From IMG/VR virus record IMGVR_UViG_3300020178_000002, positions 248,137-312,136 of that record: a stretch of DNA of 64,000 bases, one strand, 5' to 3'. The position numbers and the translations under genes are program-made. Numbering within the stretch: the first letter of the stretch is position 1; each line of letters begins with the position of its first letter. Shown in pieces: positions 40,672 to 49,983 of the stretch. The notes below the pieces were generated by a model. It searched no databases. It was not told where the DNA came from and worked only from the letters and a program-made list of their open reading frames with translations.

Positions 40672-41724
40672 ATGAGAATTGAAACAGAGTCGAAGCTGGA
40701 CTTCAAAGATGTATTGTTTAAGCCAAAGAGATCAACTCTGACCTCTCGAAAAGAAGTAGATCTAAATAGGGATTTCAAGTTCCCTCATAGTAATCGTGTC
40801 TGGAGTGGTGTTCCTATTGTAGCAGCCAACATGGACACTGTTGGAACTATTGAAGCAGGTAAGGTTCTTTCTCAGAACAATATGCTAACTTGTCTCCATA
40901 AACATTACACTGAAGATGAGTATGTAGACCTCTATAATTGGGTATATGCGAACCAAGGCTCTACTTATGCTTCCTATTGGGCTTACTCTATGGGTATTTC
41001 AGATGAGGAGTTTGCTAGATTAGAATCAGTCCAGAAGAAAACTTCTGGTAAGATTACTACAATCTGTATTGATGTCGCTAATGGATATACTGAGAGGTTC
41101 ATTAACTTTGTTTCTAAGGTTAGAAACAGATATCCAGAAGCGATTATTATTGCAGGTAATGTCGTGACTGCTGAAATAACAGAGCAGCTTATCCTAGCAG
41201 GTGCAGACATAGTAAAAGTTGGGATAGGGTCAGGGAGCGTTTGTACGACTCGTATTCAAGCTGGTGTAGGCTATCCTCAGTTGAGTGCAGTTATTGAGTG
41301 TGCAGATGCAGCACATGGTTTGAATGGTCGGATTATGTCTGATGGTGGTTGTACTTGTCCTGGAGATGTAGCTAAGGCATTTGGTGGTGGGGCTGACTTT
41401 GTAATGCTGGGTGGTATGCTTGCAGGTCATGTTGAGAACCTTAAGCTAGATGACCAAGGAAATGCTTTATTTTATGGTATGTCATCAGATACAGCTATGG
41501 ACAAGTATCATGGTGGTGTTAACGAGTATCGCTCATCAGAGGGTAGGACAGTATCTCTTGACCAAAGAGGCAATATAAAAGACACCATTCAAGACATACT
41601 TGGTGGAGTTCGTTCAACTTGTACTTATATTGGTGCGAGTGAGCTTCGTGAGCTGAGTAAATGCACGACTTTTATTCGTGTTTCTCAGCAGTACAACCCT
41701 GTGTATGAAAGCAAGACTGTTTAA
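40672..41724 (+). CDS. guaC: GMP reductase
   Basis: MRIE...[17 protein letters not shown]; ANMDTVGT; [13 protein letters not shown]; YRSSEG; no CBS domains. Confidence 0.92.
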   Translation: MRIETESKLDFKDVLFKPKRSTLTSRKEVDLNRDFKFPHSNRVWSGVPIVAANMDTVGTIEAGKVLSQNNMLTCLHKHYTEDEYVDLYNWVYANQGSTYASYWAYSMGISDEEFARLESVQKKTSGKITTICIDVANGYTERFINFVSKVRNRYPEAIIIAGNVVTAEITEQLILAGADIVKVGIGSGSVCTTRIQAGVGYPQLSAVIECADAAHGLNGRIMSDGGCTCPGDVAKAFGGGADFVMLGGMLAGHVENLKLDDQGNALFYGMSSDTAMDKYHGGVNEYRSSEGRTVSLDQRGNIKDTIQDILGGVRSTCTYIGASELRELSKCTTFIRVSQQYNPVYESKTV

Positions 41725-42911
41725 ACCTTAACAGGGTCTCGCTTATTCTTGTAATAAGCAGTTATGATTTTAGCAGTGCCTGTATCCTTATCAAACTCAA
41801 AGGCTACAGTTAAGTTTTTGGTCATAGGGTCTGTCCACTCAGCTTGCATTCCATAATCTATAGCTGAGATTAAGTCTTTAGCTCTTAGGTTGTATTCATT
41901 CCTCTCGTAATACTTCTCAAGATTAAAGAAGAAAGATTTCAGTTTGTGTACTGAAATACCTCTCTGATCCATTCTGTATTGAGCATGTGAACTGATGCAG
42001 AATTGTTTAATCTTATTTAGACCACTTTTATTGCAATCTACATAGGTATAAACCTCTCTGGCTTCACTGTTAGGTATGTTCTGACCTTGTTCAAGCTTTT
42101 TGATGAGTCTTAGTTCAAGGTTGTGATCAGCGACATTTTTAATAATCCTGTCTCTGGTATGTTCTATCCCACCTGGTTTTCCTAAAGGGGGGACTAGATC
42201 AGCCTTTTTCAGAGTTTTCTTTAAATCTTGGATTTCTCTCTGGAGCGTTTTACTCAAATCCTTGATCTCTTTCCTCGTTTTGTTCCCATCCTCCTCAATA
42301 GTTTCCTCTAATATGTAACTAGTTGAAAAAGAACCAAAGGCTTTTTTTTCTCTGCTAAGGGTTTTAATCTCTTGGTTGAGTTCGTTAAGCATCTTCGATG
42401 CAGTACGAATCTGAGAAGCTCTTTTACCTCTGCTGAAGAGTCTCTTTAAGAATCTGACCCCCTTGCCTACAAGGGAGTACTTCTCCTCGATTTTTTCTTT
42501 TAGGTCTTCAAGAACTGTTCCATACTCTTTGAGGTACTCAGGCTGACCCATTAGCTCACCTAATTCAAAAGCAAGTTTTTCTAACTCTTTGTCTTTTTCT
42601 GCCTTAGAAATGTCTCTTTTCATTTCTTTTATCCTGAACTTACGCTCAATTTTTCGAGCTGCCTTGTCTTCTTTTTCTCTTTTAACTCCTTCAATGAACT
42701 TTCTTAGTCGGTAGTTATCTAATTTTTTTTGCTTAATGGTCGCTAAAAAGCCATCAAGTACCGAACCATATTCTTCAACATACTCTGGTTGAGCCTGTAA
42801 GCCAACAACCTCTTTTTCTAGGTCATCTAGGTCTTTGTCATTTATTTTATCTCTAGATACACGCTTGCTGATGTCTTTTATAGCTTCTTCTCTTTCAAGT
42901 AAGGTCTGCAT
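41721..42911 (-). CDS. Helical-repeat protein with C-terminal DUF4258/BrnT-like domain
   Basis: Two QPEY..EYG.VL repeats; C-terminal [14 protein letters not shown]...KIITAY. Confidence 0.55.
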   Translation of the reverse strand: MQTLLEREEAIKDISKRVSRDKINDKDLDDLEKEVVGLQAQPEYVEEYGSVLDGFLATIKQKKLDNYRLRKFIEGVKREKEDKAARKIERKFRIKEMKRDISKAEKDKELEKLAFELGELMGQPEYLKEYGTVLEDLKEKIEEKYSLVGKGVRFLKRLFSRGKRASQIRTASKMLNELNQEIKTLSREKKAFGSFSTSYILEETIEEDGNKTRKEIKDLSKTLQREIQDLKKTLKKADLVPPLGKPGGIEHTRDRIIKNVADHNLELRLIKKLEQGQNIPNSEAREVYTYVDCNKSGLNKIKQFCISSHAQYRMDQRGISVHKLKSFFFNLEKYYERNEYNLRAKDLISAIDYGMQAEWTDPMTKNLTVAFEFDKDTGTAKIITAYYKNKRDPVKV

Positions 42912-43010
42912 ATCTTATCCTTTTTATTTTCCTTGGTTCTTGAGATCTCTAATCTCTTGGTTAATTTCGTTAAGCATCTTCGATGCAGTACGAATCTGAG
43001 AAGCTCTTTT
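42381..43010. repeat. 45-bp exact direct repeat (42381-42425 and 42966-43010) encoding [15 protein letters not shown]
   Basis: ttcgttaagcatcttcgatgcagtacgaatctgagaagctctttt occurs in both adjacent genes. Confidence 0.9.
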
Positions 43011-43859
43011 CCCTTTGCTGAACATATTCTTGAGATACTTGATGCCTTTACCTACAAGTGAGTACTTCTTCTCAATAGTTTCGTGCATTTCTTTCAGAAC
43101 ATTTTCATAGACTTTGGAGTATAGAGGGTCTGCCTCTAAAGCACCTACCTCAACAGCAAGTTCTTCTAAGTCTCTATCTTTTCTTGAGCTCTTAATAGCT
43201 CTGCCTAGATCCTTAATGGTGTCCTGCATCTCTTGCTCTAATATAGTGAATCCCTTATGGGGGAAGTTCATAGTGATCTCTACACTAAGACCCTCCACCA
43301 TGCTTAGATTAGCACCTGTGAAATCTGGGTTTAGTAAGACAGCTTTGCTAAAACTTGCTTCTGTAAGATTACTGCCTTTGAAGTCAGCACTTCTTAGTTG
43401 AACATTAGTGAAGTCAGCACTTGTAAGATCAGCACCAGAGAAGTCAGGTTTTGTTCCTTTAGCGATGTAGAATTGACTGCCTCTTAGGATGCTTTTTCTA
43501 AAGTCTGTTCCATTCAAGGTAGAACCACTGAGTTCAGCACTTCTGAGGTCAGCATCTTGTAGGTTTGCTTTTGTTAAATCTGCATAATCTAATTTGGCTT
43601 GTCTGAGATCTGCTGATTTCAAAGTAGCATCACTTAGATCAGCTTTGGTTAGTATTGCTCTTGCTAAGTCAGCACCTGTGAAGTCTGCTTCCATTAACTT
43701 AGAATTTTCGAGAGAAGACCCATGAAACGTAGCACCTCTCAGATCAGACTCTCTAAGGTCTATTTCTCTGAGATCCATATTTTTAAAAACACCTCTGGGA
43801 GCTTTTGTTTGTGGCATTACAGCTCTTTCGAGGTCTTCTTTTGTATAGTCTTTACTCAT
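42924..43859 (-). CDS. Pentapeptide-repeat protein with helical C-terminal module
   Basis: About 30 A(D/N)LxX repeats; C-terminus shared with the 396-aa neighbour. Confidence 0.9.
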   Translation of the reverse strand: MSKDYTKEDLERAVMPQTKAPRGVFKNMDLREIDLRESDLRGATFHGSSLENSKLMEADFTGADLARAILTKADLSDATLKSADLRQAKLDYADLTKANLQDADLRSAELSGSTLNGTDFRKSILRGSQFYIAKGTKPDFSGADLTSADFTNVQLRSADFKGSNLTEASFSKAVLLNPDFTGANLSMVEGLSVEITMNFPHKGFTILEQEMQDTIKDLGRAIKSSRKDRDLEELAVEVGALEADPLYSKVYENVLKEMHETIEKKYSLVGKGIKYLKNMFSKGKRASQIRTASKMLNEINQEIRDLKNQGK

Positions 43860-43903
43860 GGTTCTTAACCCTTTCTTTTTTTAGAAAGAGATTATAAATA
43901 AAC

Positions 43904-43942
43904 AAAAAAAAGCCCCACTTCCCAAATGGAAAGCAGGGCTTT
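43904..43942 (-). terminator. Intrinsic terminator (minus strand)
   Basis: aagccc...gggctt hairpin with an A-run on the + strand. Confidence 0.6.
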
Positions 43943-43962
43943 AGAAACCTATGAGCTTGAAA

Positions 43963-44325
43963 TTATTTGTTTGAGTAAACAATGAGTAGCTTACCGAGTT
44001 CTTTTTTAACCTTTTTCAGAGAAATGCTAGGTTCTAGTTTGCTGATAAGTACGCTATCTCCGAACTGAAGTAGCTGGACTGTATCTTCTAGTGTTGTGAG
44101 ATTTAATGTTCCCATTGAAGCATTCTTCAAATGTACTGTGTCACCCACAATACTGTAAGTTGTGTTTTTCTGGAGAACTACCTCTAAGACCATAAGCTCT
44201 TTTTTATAGTTGTTGTATTTACATAGAATCAGATTAGACTCTAGAGTCTCATCACAACCCTCTGGCTTTGTAGCAAACACATTGGTAGAGATAAGTAGTA
44301 AGATTCCGATTAGTAAGTTTTGCAT
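43963..44325 (-). CDS. Secreted/periplasmic hypothetical protein
   Basis: Signal peptide MQNLLIGILLLISTNVFA; preceded by promoter motif at 44363-44384. Confidence 0.6.
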   Translation of the reverse strand: MQNLLIGILLLISTNVFATKPEGCDETLESNLILCKYNNYKKELMVLEVVLQKNTTYSIVGDTVHLKNASMGTLNLTTLEDTVQLLQFGDSVLISKLEPSISLKKVKKELGKLLIVYSNK

Positions 44326-44362
44326 ATTAGATTCCTTTCATTGTCGTATATATCTACTTTAT

Positions 44363-44384
44363 ATTATCAATCCCCCTAAGGGGG
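44363..44384 (-). promoter_or_regulatory. Putative phage promoter, CCCCC-N9/10-TTGATAA motif
   Basis: Minus strand ccccc-ttaggggga-ttgataat. Confidence 0.55.
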
Positions 44385-44406
44385 TCTGTTCTTTTTAGGT
44401 CTTTTT

Positions 44407-45117
44407 ATGAAAATAATCTTATCTCCACCCTTCAGTAATTTGGCTTTAACAAACCTTTATCCTAACACCACAAGAATCATTGGCACATACACTCTAAATA
44501 AGAGAAGGGGTTTGTGGAGAGTTCTTACTACCCTTAAGAAAACAAACAGGGGCTGGGTAAATAATGTAGGCTTAAGGAATGGTGGTATTACGACAGTCCC
44601 AAACAAACCTTTCATAGTCTCTATTGCAGAGCTTGAGTCAGGTGATTGGTTACAGATGCTGAATCATTTATCTACTTTGGATAATATTCTGGGGGTAGAG
44701 CTTAATATCTCTTGCCCTAATGCTCAGGTTAAAGGGGTGGGAGAAGATCTTCTGCGTAGCTTCAATGATACTTTTAATAATGTATTTGTTAAAGTTCCTC
44801 ATAACTACCCAGAGCGTCACCTTTTTAGCTTGATAGAGTGTGGTGCAAAGGTTATTCATATTTCTAATACGAAGAAGACAGAGGTTGGTTCTCTCTCTGG
44901 TGTGGAGTTGATACAAAAAAACCTCCAAACCATTAAAACAGTGAAGAAGCATTATCCTCATGTTAAAGTGGTTGGAGGTGGTGGTATATACAACTTAGAA
45001 TCAGCTAAACAGTATATAGAAGCAGGTGCAGACTACATTTCTTTGTCTACAAGTTTGCTTAGACCTTTTCGGACATATTTCCTAATTAAAGGATTACATA
45101 CCTTCTTAGCTGACTGA
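44407..45117 (+). CDS. pyrD: Dihydroorotate dehydrogenase, compact family-1-like
   Basis: NNVGLRNGG, ELNISCPN, SNT, GSLSG, GGGGI. Confidence 0.8.
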   Translation: MKIILSPPFSNLALTNLYPNTTRIIGTYTLNKRRGLWRVLTTLKKTNRGWVNNVGLRNGGITTVPNKPFIVSIAELESGDWLQMLNHLSTLDNILGVELNISCPNAQVKGVGEDLLRSFNDTFNNVFVKVPHNYPERHLFSLIECGAKVIHISNTKKTEVGSLSGVELIQKNLQTIKTVKKHYPHVKVVGGGGIYNLESAKQYIEAGADYISLSTSLLRPFRTYFLIKGLHTFLAD

Positions 45118-45373
45118 AGCTTAAGAAGTATGCTTCTTGAGTTCCTCTTTCGAGAACTTCAACTATTGGCTTTTCATATTCAGTGTTGTATAAGATCGAA
45201 GCCCTGACATTCTGACCTCTGTTTCCTCTGTTCTGACTTTTGACTATTACAGGCCAGTTGTACTCTTCTTTGTGTTCAGAGTAAGGAGTTGCTTCATATA
45301 CTCTTTTAGCTGAGGGCTTTCCAAGTATTCTTATTAGAGTATACACTCTATCTTCTTTTAGACTGTCTAACAT
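45086..45373 (-). CDS. Hypothetical protein inserted antisense between pyrD and pyrF-pyrE
   Basis: 95 aa with GAAAGGA RBS. Confidence 0.5.
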   Translation of the reverse strand: MLDSLKEDRVYTLIRILGKPSAKRVYEATPYSEHKEEYNWPVIVKSQNRGNRGQNVRASILYNTEYEKPIVEVLERGTQEAYFLSFSQLRRYVIL

Positions 45374-45389
45374 CTAGGTGTCCTTTCGT

Positions 45390-46502
45390 ATGATTAAAAA
45401 AGTATGTGTTGGTTTAGATCTTCCTATTAATAGTTCTTTAGAAGACTATATAAAAATTATTAACGAGGTTGGCTCTACAAGCTACAAAGTCAACCCTGCC
45501 TTTGTATCGCCCCATATAATGCCATTGCTTGCTTCTGAACTCAATATAAGGGGCTTCTTTTGGATATATGATGGTAAGCTGGGTGATGTTCCTCATACAA
45601 ATGAGAGATATGCAGATTATGTATTCAATCAGCTAGGTGCAAATGCAGTCACCTTAAATCCTTTTGTTGGTCTGGAGGCACTTGAGCCTTTCTTTCAATA
45701 TGAAGATAGATACTCTTTTGTTCTTTGTAAAACTACCAACTCTGGAGATAAAAAAGCTCAGTCTGCTATGTATACAGACATAATTTCTTTAGCTTCCGAG
45801 AGAAGCAATGTAGGTATTGTCTACTCGTCACTAGATTCTGAGGGTTTGAGAGCAGTATCAGAAGGCAACTTTTTGATACTTGCACCTGGAGTGGGCTCAC
45901 AAGGTGGCTCTGCTGCAGTAGATGAGTTGAATATTCTTTATACAGTAAGTAGGACTATAATAAATTCACCTGACCCCCGTGAGACTTATCTTGAAATCAA
46001 AGGTGGTGTTGAAGCTATTCTCTTAGAGAGTTTGAGGTCTAGGGGTTTCATTAAAGAAGGTCAGTTTACACTTTCAAGTGGTCTTTCTTCTAACTACTAT
46101 ATTGACTTAAGGTGTCTTTCTTCTGACATAGACTTCTACCAAGAGGTATGTTTGCTTTTGTCTAGGCAAATAAAAACCCCTGATATACTAGGTGTCGAGA
46201 GTGGAAGCATATCTCTAGCTTCTTCTCTTGCTTGTCTTCTAGATAAACCTTTTGGTTTTGTTAGAAAGACTGCAAAGTCACATGGTACATCAAGGGTTGT
46301 TGAGGGTATCTCAGAGGGAGAAGCAACAGTTGTAGATGATGTTTTAACAACTGGTAGTAGTCTTATAAAGGCTGTTTTAAATGCTAGAGCCTCTGGTATC
46401 TATGTCAGTGAAGTTTTAGTTGTAATAGAAAGAGTTGGTTATGGTGGTAGAGAAGCTCTTGAGAGTTATGGTATTAAAGTCAATTCTTTAGCGAGACTTT
46501 AG
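45390..46502 (+). CDS. pyrF-pyrE: Bifunctional OMP decarboxylase / orotate phosphoribosyltransferase
   Basis: PyrF motifs VGLD, DGKLGDVPHT, PGVGSQGG; PyrE motifs FTLSSG..S.YYIDLR, VRKTAKSHG, VVDDVLTTG. GTG at 45378 is an alternative start. Confidence 0.88.
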   Translation: MIKKVCVGLDLPINSSLEDYIKIINEVGSTSYKVNPAFVSPHIMPLLASELNIRGFFWIYDGKLGDVPHTNERYADYVFNQLGANAVTLNPFVGLEALEPFFQYEDRYSFVLCKTTNSGDKKAQSAMYTDIISLASERSNVGIVYSSLDSEGLRAVSEGNFLILAPGVGSQGGSAAVDELNILYTVSRTIINSPDPRETYLEIKGGVEAILLESLRSRGFIKEGQFTLSSGLSSNYYIDLRCLSSDIDFYQEVCLLLSRQIKTPDILGVESGSISLASSLACLLDKPFGFVRKTAKSHGTSRVVEGISEGEATVVDDVLTTGSSLIKAVLNARASGIYVSEVLVVIERVGYGGREALESYGIKVNSLARL

Positions 46503-46825
46503 AGCCGACCTTTTGCAATTAGCTCTTTTTCAATCTTCTCTGCCAGAGAGAGATAAACCTTTTGGTTTTGTTTTTCTGTCCATTGAGCAGATTGGCTCAG
46601 GATTCGGTTCTGCTTGTCTGTCAAGAATACAAACCAATTTCCTTTTGCTTCTACCTTATAAATCAGGTGGTCTGTGAAGTGGCTTGTGCTTTTAACAACT
46701 TTCCAGCTTTCGACAGGCACTAGGTTGAAACTGTTTCTGTTTAGGTATTTCCAAACAGCCATTTGTACTGCTTGTGGTGCTTCATTGTCTTTTGTGGTGA
46801 ATAGTGGGTATTTTGCTTTAATCAT
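46499..46825 (-). CDS. Hypothetical protein
   Basis: 108 aa, coupled to upstream gene. Confidence 0.55.
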   Translation of the reverse strand: MIKAKYPLFTTKDNEAPQAVQMAVWKYLNRNSFNLVPVESWKVVKSTSHFTDHLIYKVEAKGNWFVFLTDKQNRILSQSAQWTEKQNQKVYLSLAEKIEKELIAKGRL

Positions 46826-47181
46826 TATTTTAGTCCTTTTTTGTAATCACTTGGGTTGATTTTGTCTGCTAATTGGTGTGCTGCAATCATTTGAGCTTCT
46901 ATTACAGAAGTAAGATTCTTTAGATTCACATATGTAATTCCATGATAAGAATTGAGTCTTGTATTAGAAGCTTCGGAAGACCAGCCCTCAAAATAAACTC
47001 CATGTTCATCTGTAGCAATAACTGTCAGCCTGAAGTATCTTGTGAGCTTACGCATAGGGTCGGTATGGTGGTATCCTTTTTTGGCAGCTTCACCATCACC
47101 GAACTTCTCCGTTAAAGATTTTTCAAAGAATGGCAATAGTAAATAGTCTTTCTTTATAGCTTGTAAAAATTCTTTTTTCAT
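46825..47181 (-). CDS. Hypothetical protein
   Basis: Likely start ATG 47181 with AAGGA RBS; promoter motif upstream. Confidence 0.55.
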   Translation of the reverse strand: MKKEFLQAIKKDYLLLPFFEKSLTEKFGDGEAAKKGYHHTDPMRKLTRYFRLTVIATDEHGVYFEGWSSEASNTRLNSYHGITYVNLKNLTSVIEAQMIAAHQLADKINPSDYKKGLK

Positions 47182-47215
47182 AATAGATTCCTTTTTTGTG
47201 TAAGTGTTATAAACT

Positions 47216-47240
47216 CTTATCAAAATTGTTTAAGGGGGGG
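47216..47240 (-). promoter_or_regulatory. Putative phage promoter, CCCCC-N9/10-TTGATAA motif
   Basis: Minus strand ccccccc-ttaaacaatt-ttgataag. Confidence 0.55.
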
Positions 47241-47246
47241 TTAAAA

Positions 47247-47639
47247 ATGCCTGTTCGTACTATAGTAGTTATTTGCTTATCTTTATCTTATCTGATGTTA
47301 TTTGGTTTCATTGCTAGAGAACCCCAAGAGAGGTTTGTTCTATATGCTGTGCCAGAGTCTAAAGGTTGTATTTACCCAATAAACGAGATAAAGGAGACCA
47401 AAGTAGAGCTAAGGCATGTCATTCCCTATACGAAGATACATACTTGTAAATATGATGATTCCAAAAGACTCATTAGTGTTAAGACATATAACTTTGAGAT
47501 AGGCTATCAAATGAAAAAGCCCACCCATGAAATAATCTATCATTGGGTGGGCACTAGGTTGAGTAAGGTCTCTTTTCGAGAGGCTTCTCATGGTCAGGGC
47601 GAAGTTGATGTTAGAGTCCTTGAGTTTTCAAAGAAATAA
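47247..47639 (+). CDS. Membrane-anchored hypothetical protein
   Basis: N-terminal hydrophobic helix from MPVRT. Confidence 0.5.
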   Translation: MPVRTIVVICLSLSYLMLFGFIAREPQERFVLYAVPESKGCIYPINEIKETKVELRHVIPYTKIHTCKYDDSKRLISVKTYNFEIGYQMKKPTHEIIYHWVGTRLSKVSFREASHGQGEVDVRVLEFSKK

Positions 47640-48210
47640 AACCAATGATTGGAAACTTAGCCTGACCTTGTTTTCTAAGGCTTTGAGGGATATTAGCAAA
47701 TCTAAAGTCAGCACCCTCAATGATTGCACCTGTGAAATCACAGCTAGAAACATCAGCTCCTGTGAAATCAGCCCCTCGTAAATCAGCGTTTACAAAAGAT
47801 ACCTCTTTGAGAACACTATCCGAGAAATCAGCCCCTCTGAGGTCTGATCTATAAAAGCTGGCTTTCTCTGCTTCTGTCCCTGCAAAATTAGCTCCGATAA
47901 GGGTTGCTTGAGCGAAGCTCACCTTTTCTAGCTTTGCAAACTCTAAATCTAAGCTTACTCCATAAGACTCATTTAAGTTGACCTTAGAGAGTTCAGCTTC
48001 GCTAAAGGTAGCGTTTGTTAGTTCGCAATTTTTCATAACAGAGTCTTTAATGACCAGCCCTGAAATGTTTGAGTTTACGAACTGGCAATCTGTTAGATTG
48101 CATTCATAGATTCCGACATCAATTCCAGAAGAAAGTGTAAAGTCAGAGCCTGTTAAATCCTCATTTGAAGAGGACTCTAAAATTGTATTTGTGTTATCTT
48201 GGAATCTCAT
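47611..48210 (-). CDS. Pentapeptide-repeat protein
   Basis: SDLRGADFS...ADLRGADFTGAD repeats; ATG 48210. Confidence 0.88.
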   Translation of the reverse strand: MRFQDNTNTILESSSNEDLTGSDFTLSSGIDVGIYECNLTDCQFVNSNISGLVIKDSVMKNCELTNATFSEAELSKVNLNESYGVSLDLEFAKLEKVSFAQATLIGANFAGTEAEKASFYRSDLRGADFSDSVLKEVSFVNADLRGADFTGADVSSCDFTGAIIEGADFRFANIPQSLRKQGQAKFPIIGFISLKTQGL

Positions 48211-48211
48211 A

Positions 48212-48346
48212 TTAGCCCCCAAACCCTACGGGTGTCATTGCAATGCAATATCCCAAGGTAGCTAGAGCAACCCAGATTAACAGAAGAAGTGAAATTCCTA
48301 GTTGAGTGAGGAATGATTTAATCCCGTTTGCAAAAATCTTGTACAT
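48212..48346 (-). CDS. Small membrane protein (44 aa), not in ORF track
   Basis: MYKIFANGIKSFLTQLGISLLLLIWVALATLGYCIAMTPVGFGG; AAGGAG RBS; promoter motif upstream. Confidence 0.55.
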   Translation of the reverse strand: MYKIFANGIKSFLTQLGISLLLLIWVALATLGYCIAMTPVGFGG

Positions 48347-48385
48347 GCAAAACTCCTTTTAAAAATAAATGTTTACTTATTACTA

Positions 48386-48408
48386 CTTATCGAAACCTAA
48401 ATAGGGGG
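48386..48408 (-). promoter_or_regulatory. Putative phage promoter (variant CCCCC-N10-TCGATAAG)
   Basis: Minus strand ccccc-tatttaggtt-tcgataag. Confidence 0.5.
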
Positions 48409-48470
48409 TGTGAAAAAAAGGCTCTTTTGGTATAGTTAAGGTGTTAATTTGTTCGATATGAGGAAATAAA

Positions 48471-48992
48471 ATGGGAAACAAGACATTAATTTTGGTTCGA
48501 GGTTTAAGTGGGTCTGGAAAAACAGACCTTGCAGATCTAATTGTAGGGGATAATGATGAAAGAGCATCAATCGCAATGGATGATTACTTTTATGATGACG
48601 AAGGCAATTTCAAATTTGTGCCAGAGAAATTAAAGACAGCTCATGAATGGTGCTTGAGAGGGTGTGAAGAACACATGAAAGAAGGTCTTGAGGTTGTTGT
48701 TGTTCACAATATCTTTACTAGGAAGTGGGAAGTTGATCCATATCTCGGTATTGCAAAGGATAATGGCTACCGAGTTCATATTATAAACCTCTATGATAGA
48801 GGTATGAACGACTATGAGCTTTCAGAGCAAAGTGACCACAACATAAACCCAGGTCTCATTCAACGACAGAGAAAGAGATGGGATAAGGATGTCTACAGAG
48901 ATAAGGTAATGAAACCTCAAAGACCTTTTTATGACAGAGGTTATGATAGAGGTTATGACAGAGGCTACCGCCAGAGAAAACCTTGGTACTAA
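48471..48992 (+). CDS. P-loop kinase (AAA_33, polynucleotide-kinase-like)
   Basis: LVRGLSGSGKT; DDYF; AHEWC; C-terminal YDRG x3. Confidence 0.75.
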   Translation: MGNKTLILVRGLSGSGKTDLADLIVGDNDERASIAMDDYFYDDEGNFKFVPEKLKTAHEWCLRGCEEHMKEGLEVVVVHNIFTRKWEVDPYLGIAKDNGYRVHIINLYDRGMNDYELSEQSDHNINPGLIQRQRKRWDKDVYRDKVMKPQRPFYDRGYDRGYDRGYRQRKPWY

Positions 48993-48993
48993 G

Positions 48994-49455
48994 ATGTCTA
49001 TAAGAGTAGGTAATATTGTTATCCTCCATGAAAAAGGGAAGGAATATCAGGATTACTTGGTCTTGTGCATAGAAAGAAACCCTACTTTTTTTTTAGGTGT
49101 TATTGGCATAGGCTCTCAAGTCTTCAACTTTATTACAGTGGATAAAGTTGAAGATCTGATTTTGAATGATGTCTTTGAACCAGAGACAGTAGATTTGCCT
49201 GGTACTTTTAAGATAGAGCGTGAAGATGCATTAGAAGCAGACCAACAACGAGAAGAAGTTTTCCGTAGAGGTGACCTAGTTAGCTTTTCATATTTAGAGC
49301 AAGGTGCAGAACTAAGCATTACAGGCTACTATTTAGATGTTTCTGCTGAGAAAGACTATGTTCTTATTTCGGAGAGAGGTGTGACTGTTAGAAGATTTTG
49401 GGAAGTACCTGTCACTTCGGTTGTTCTCATTTCCCAGCTTCCACTTCGTCTTTAA
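48994..49455 (+). CDS. Hypothetical protein
   Basis: Likely start MSIRVG just after the previous stop. Confidence 0.5.
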   Translation: MSIRVGNIVILHEKGKEYQDYLVLCIERNPTFFLGVIGIGSQVFNFITVDKVEDLILNDVFEPETVDLPGTFKIEREDALEADQQREEVFRRGDLVSFSYLEQGAELSITGYYLDVSAEKDYVLISERGVTVRRFWEVPVTSVVLISQLPLRL

Positions 49456-49548
49456 ACCAAGGATCTGTTTGATCTTTATACTTTAATGGTCTTGGGTCAT
49501 CTTCTATGAAGAACCCTGCTATTGTGAAGATCGAGATAATTGTAATAG

Positions 49549-49983
49549 CTAACATATTGAATCCTTGTAATTTTTAATTGCCCTATAGCAGTTTGATTTG
49601 TTTTCATACCCTAATGCATCCGCTATTTCTTGGTATGTCATATTTTTTTCTGTTCTTAAAGTGTAAGCAGCTTTGGCCATACTTTGTTTCCTATAAGGAA
49701 GCTCTATATTTTTATTATTACAGAATATGGCTATTCTGGTTTGAGCAGTTGTTTCTCCTATATTGAGATACAATGCAATATCTTTTAGAGACATGCCATT
49801 CACATATAGGTCATAACACTTTTTGTGATTGACACTTGGTCTAGGGAAAGAGAGTTGATGTCTTAGTGCATAGTTTCTTACTATGTGTTTGGAATCTTCT
49901 TCCCTAAACCCTAAAGAGCTACCTATTTCTTTATGTGTCATTCCTTGCATATACATTTGATATGCTTGTTCAGATTTTTGCAT
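49549..49983 (-). CDS. Triple helix-turn-helix DNA-binding protein
   Basis: GMTHKEIGSSLG, GMSLKDIALYLNI, MTYQEIADALGY. Confidence 0.7.
   Translation of the reverse strand: MQKSEQAYQMYMQGMTHKEIGSSLGFREEDSKHIVRNYALRHQLSFPRPSVNHKKCYDLYVNGMSLKDIALYLNIGETTAQTRIAIFCNNKNIELPYRKQSMAKAAYTLRTEKNMTYQEIADALGYENKSNCYRAIKNYKDSIC

Noticed and set aside
40672-41724. IMP dehydrogenase (guaB)
   Set aside because: The N-terminus and YRSSEG region match GMP reductase, and CBS domains are absent.
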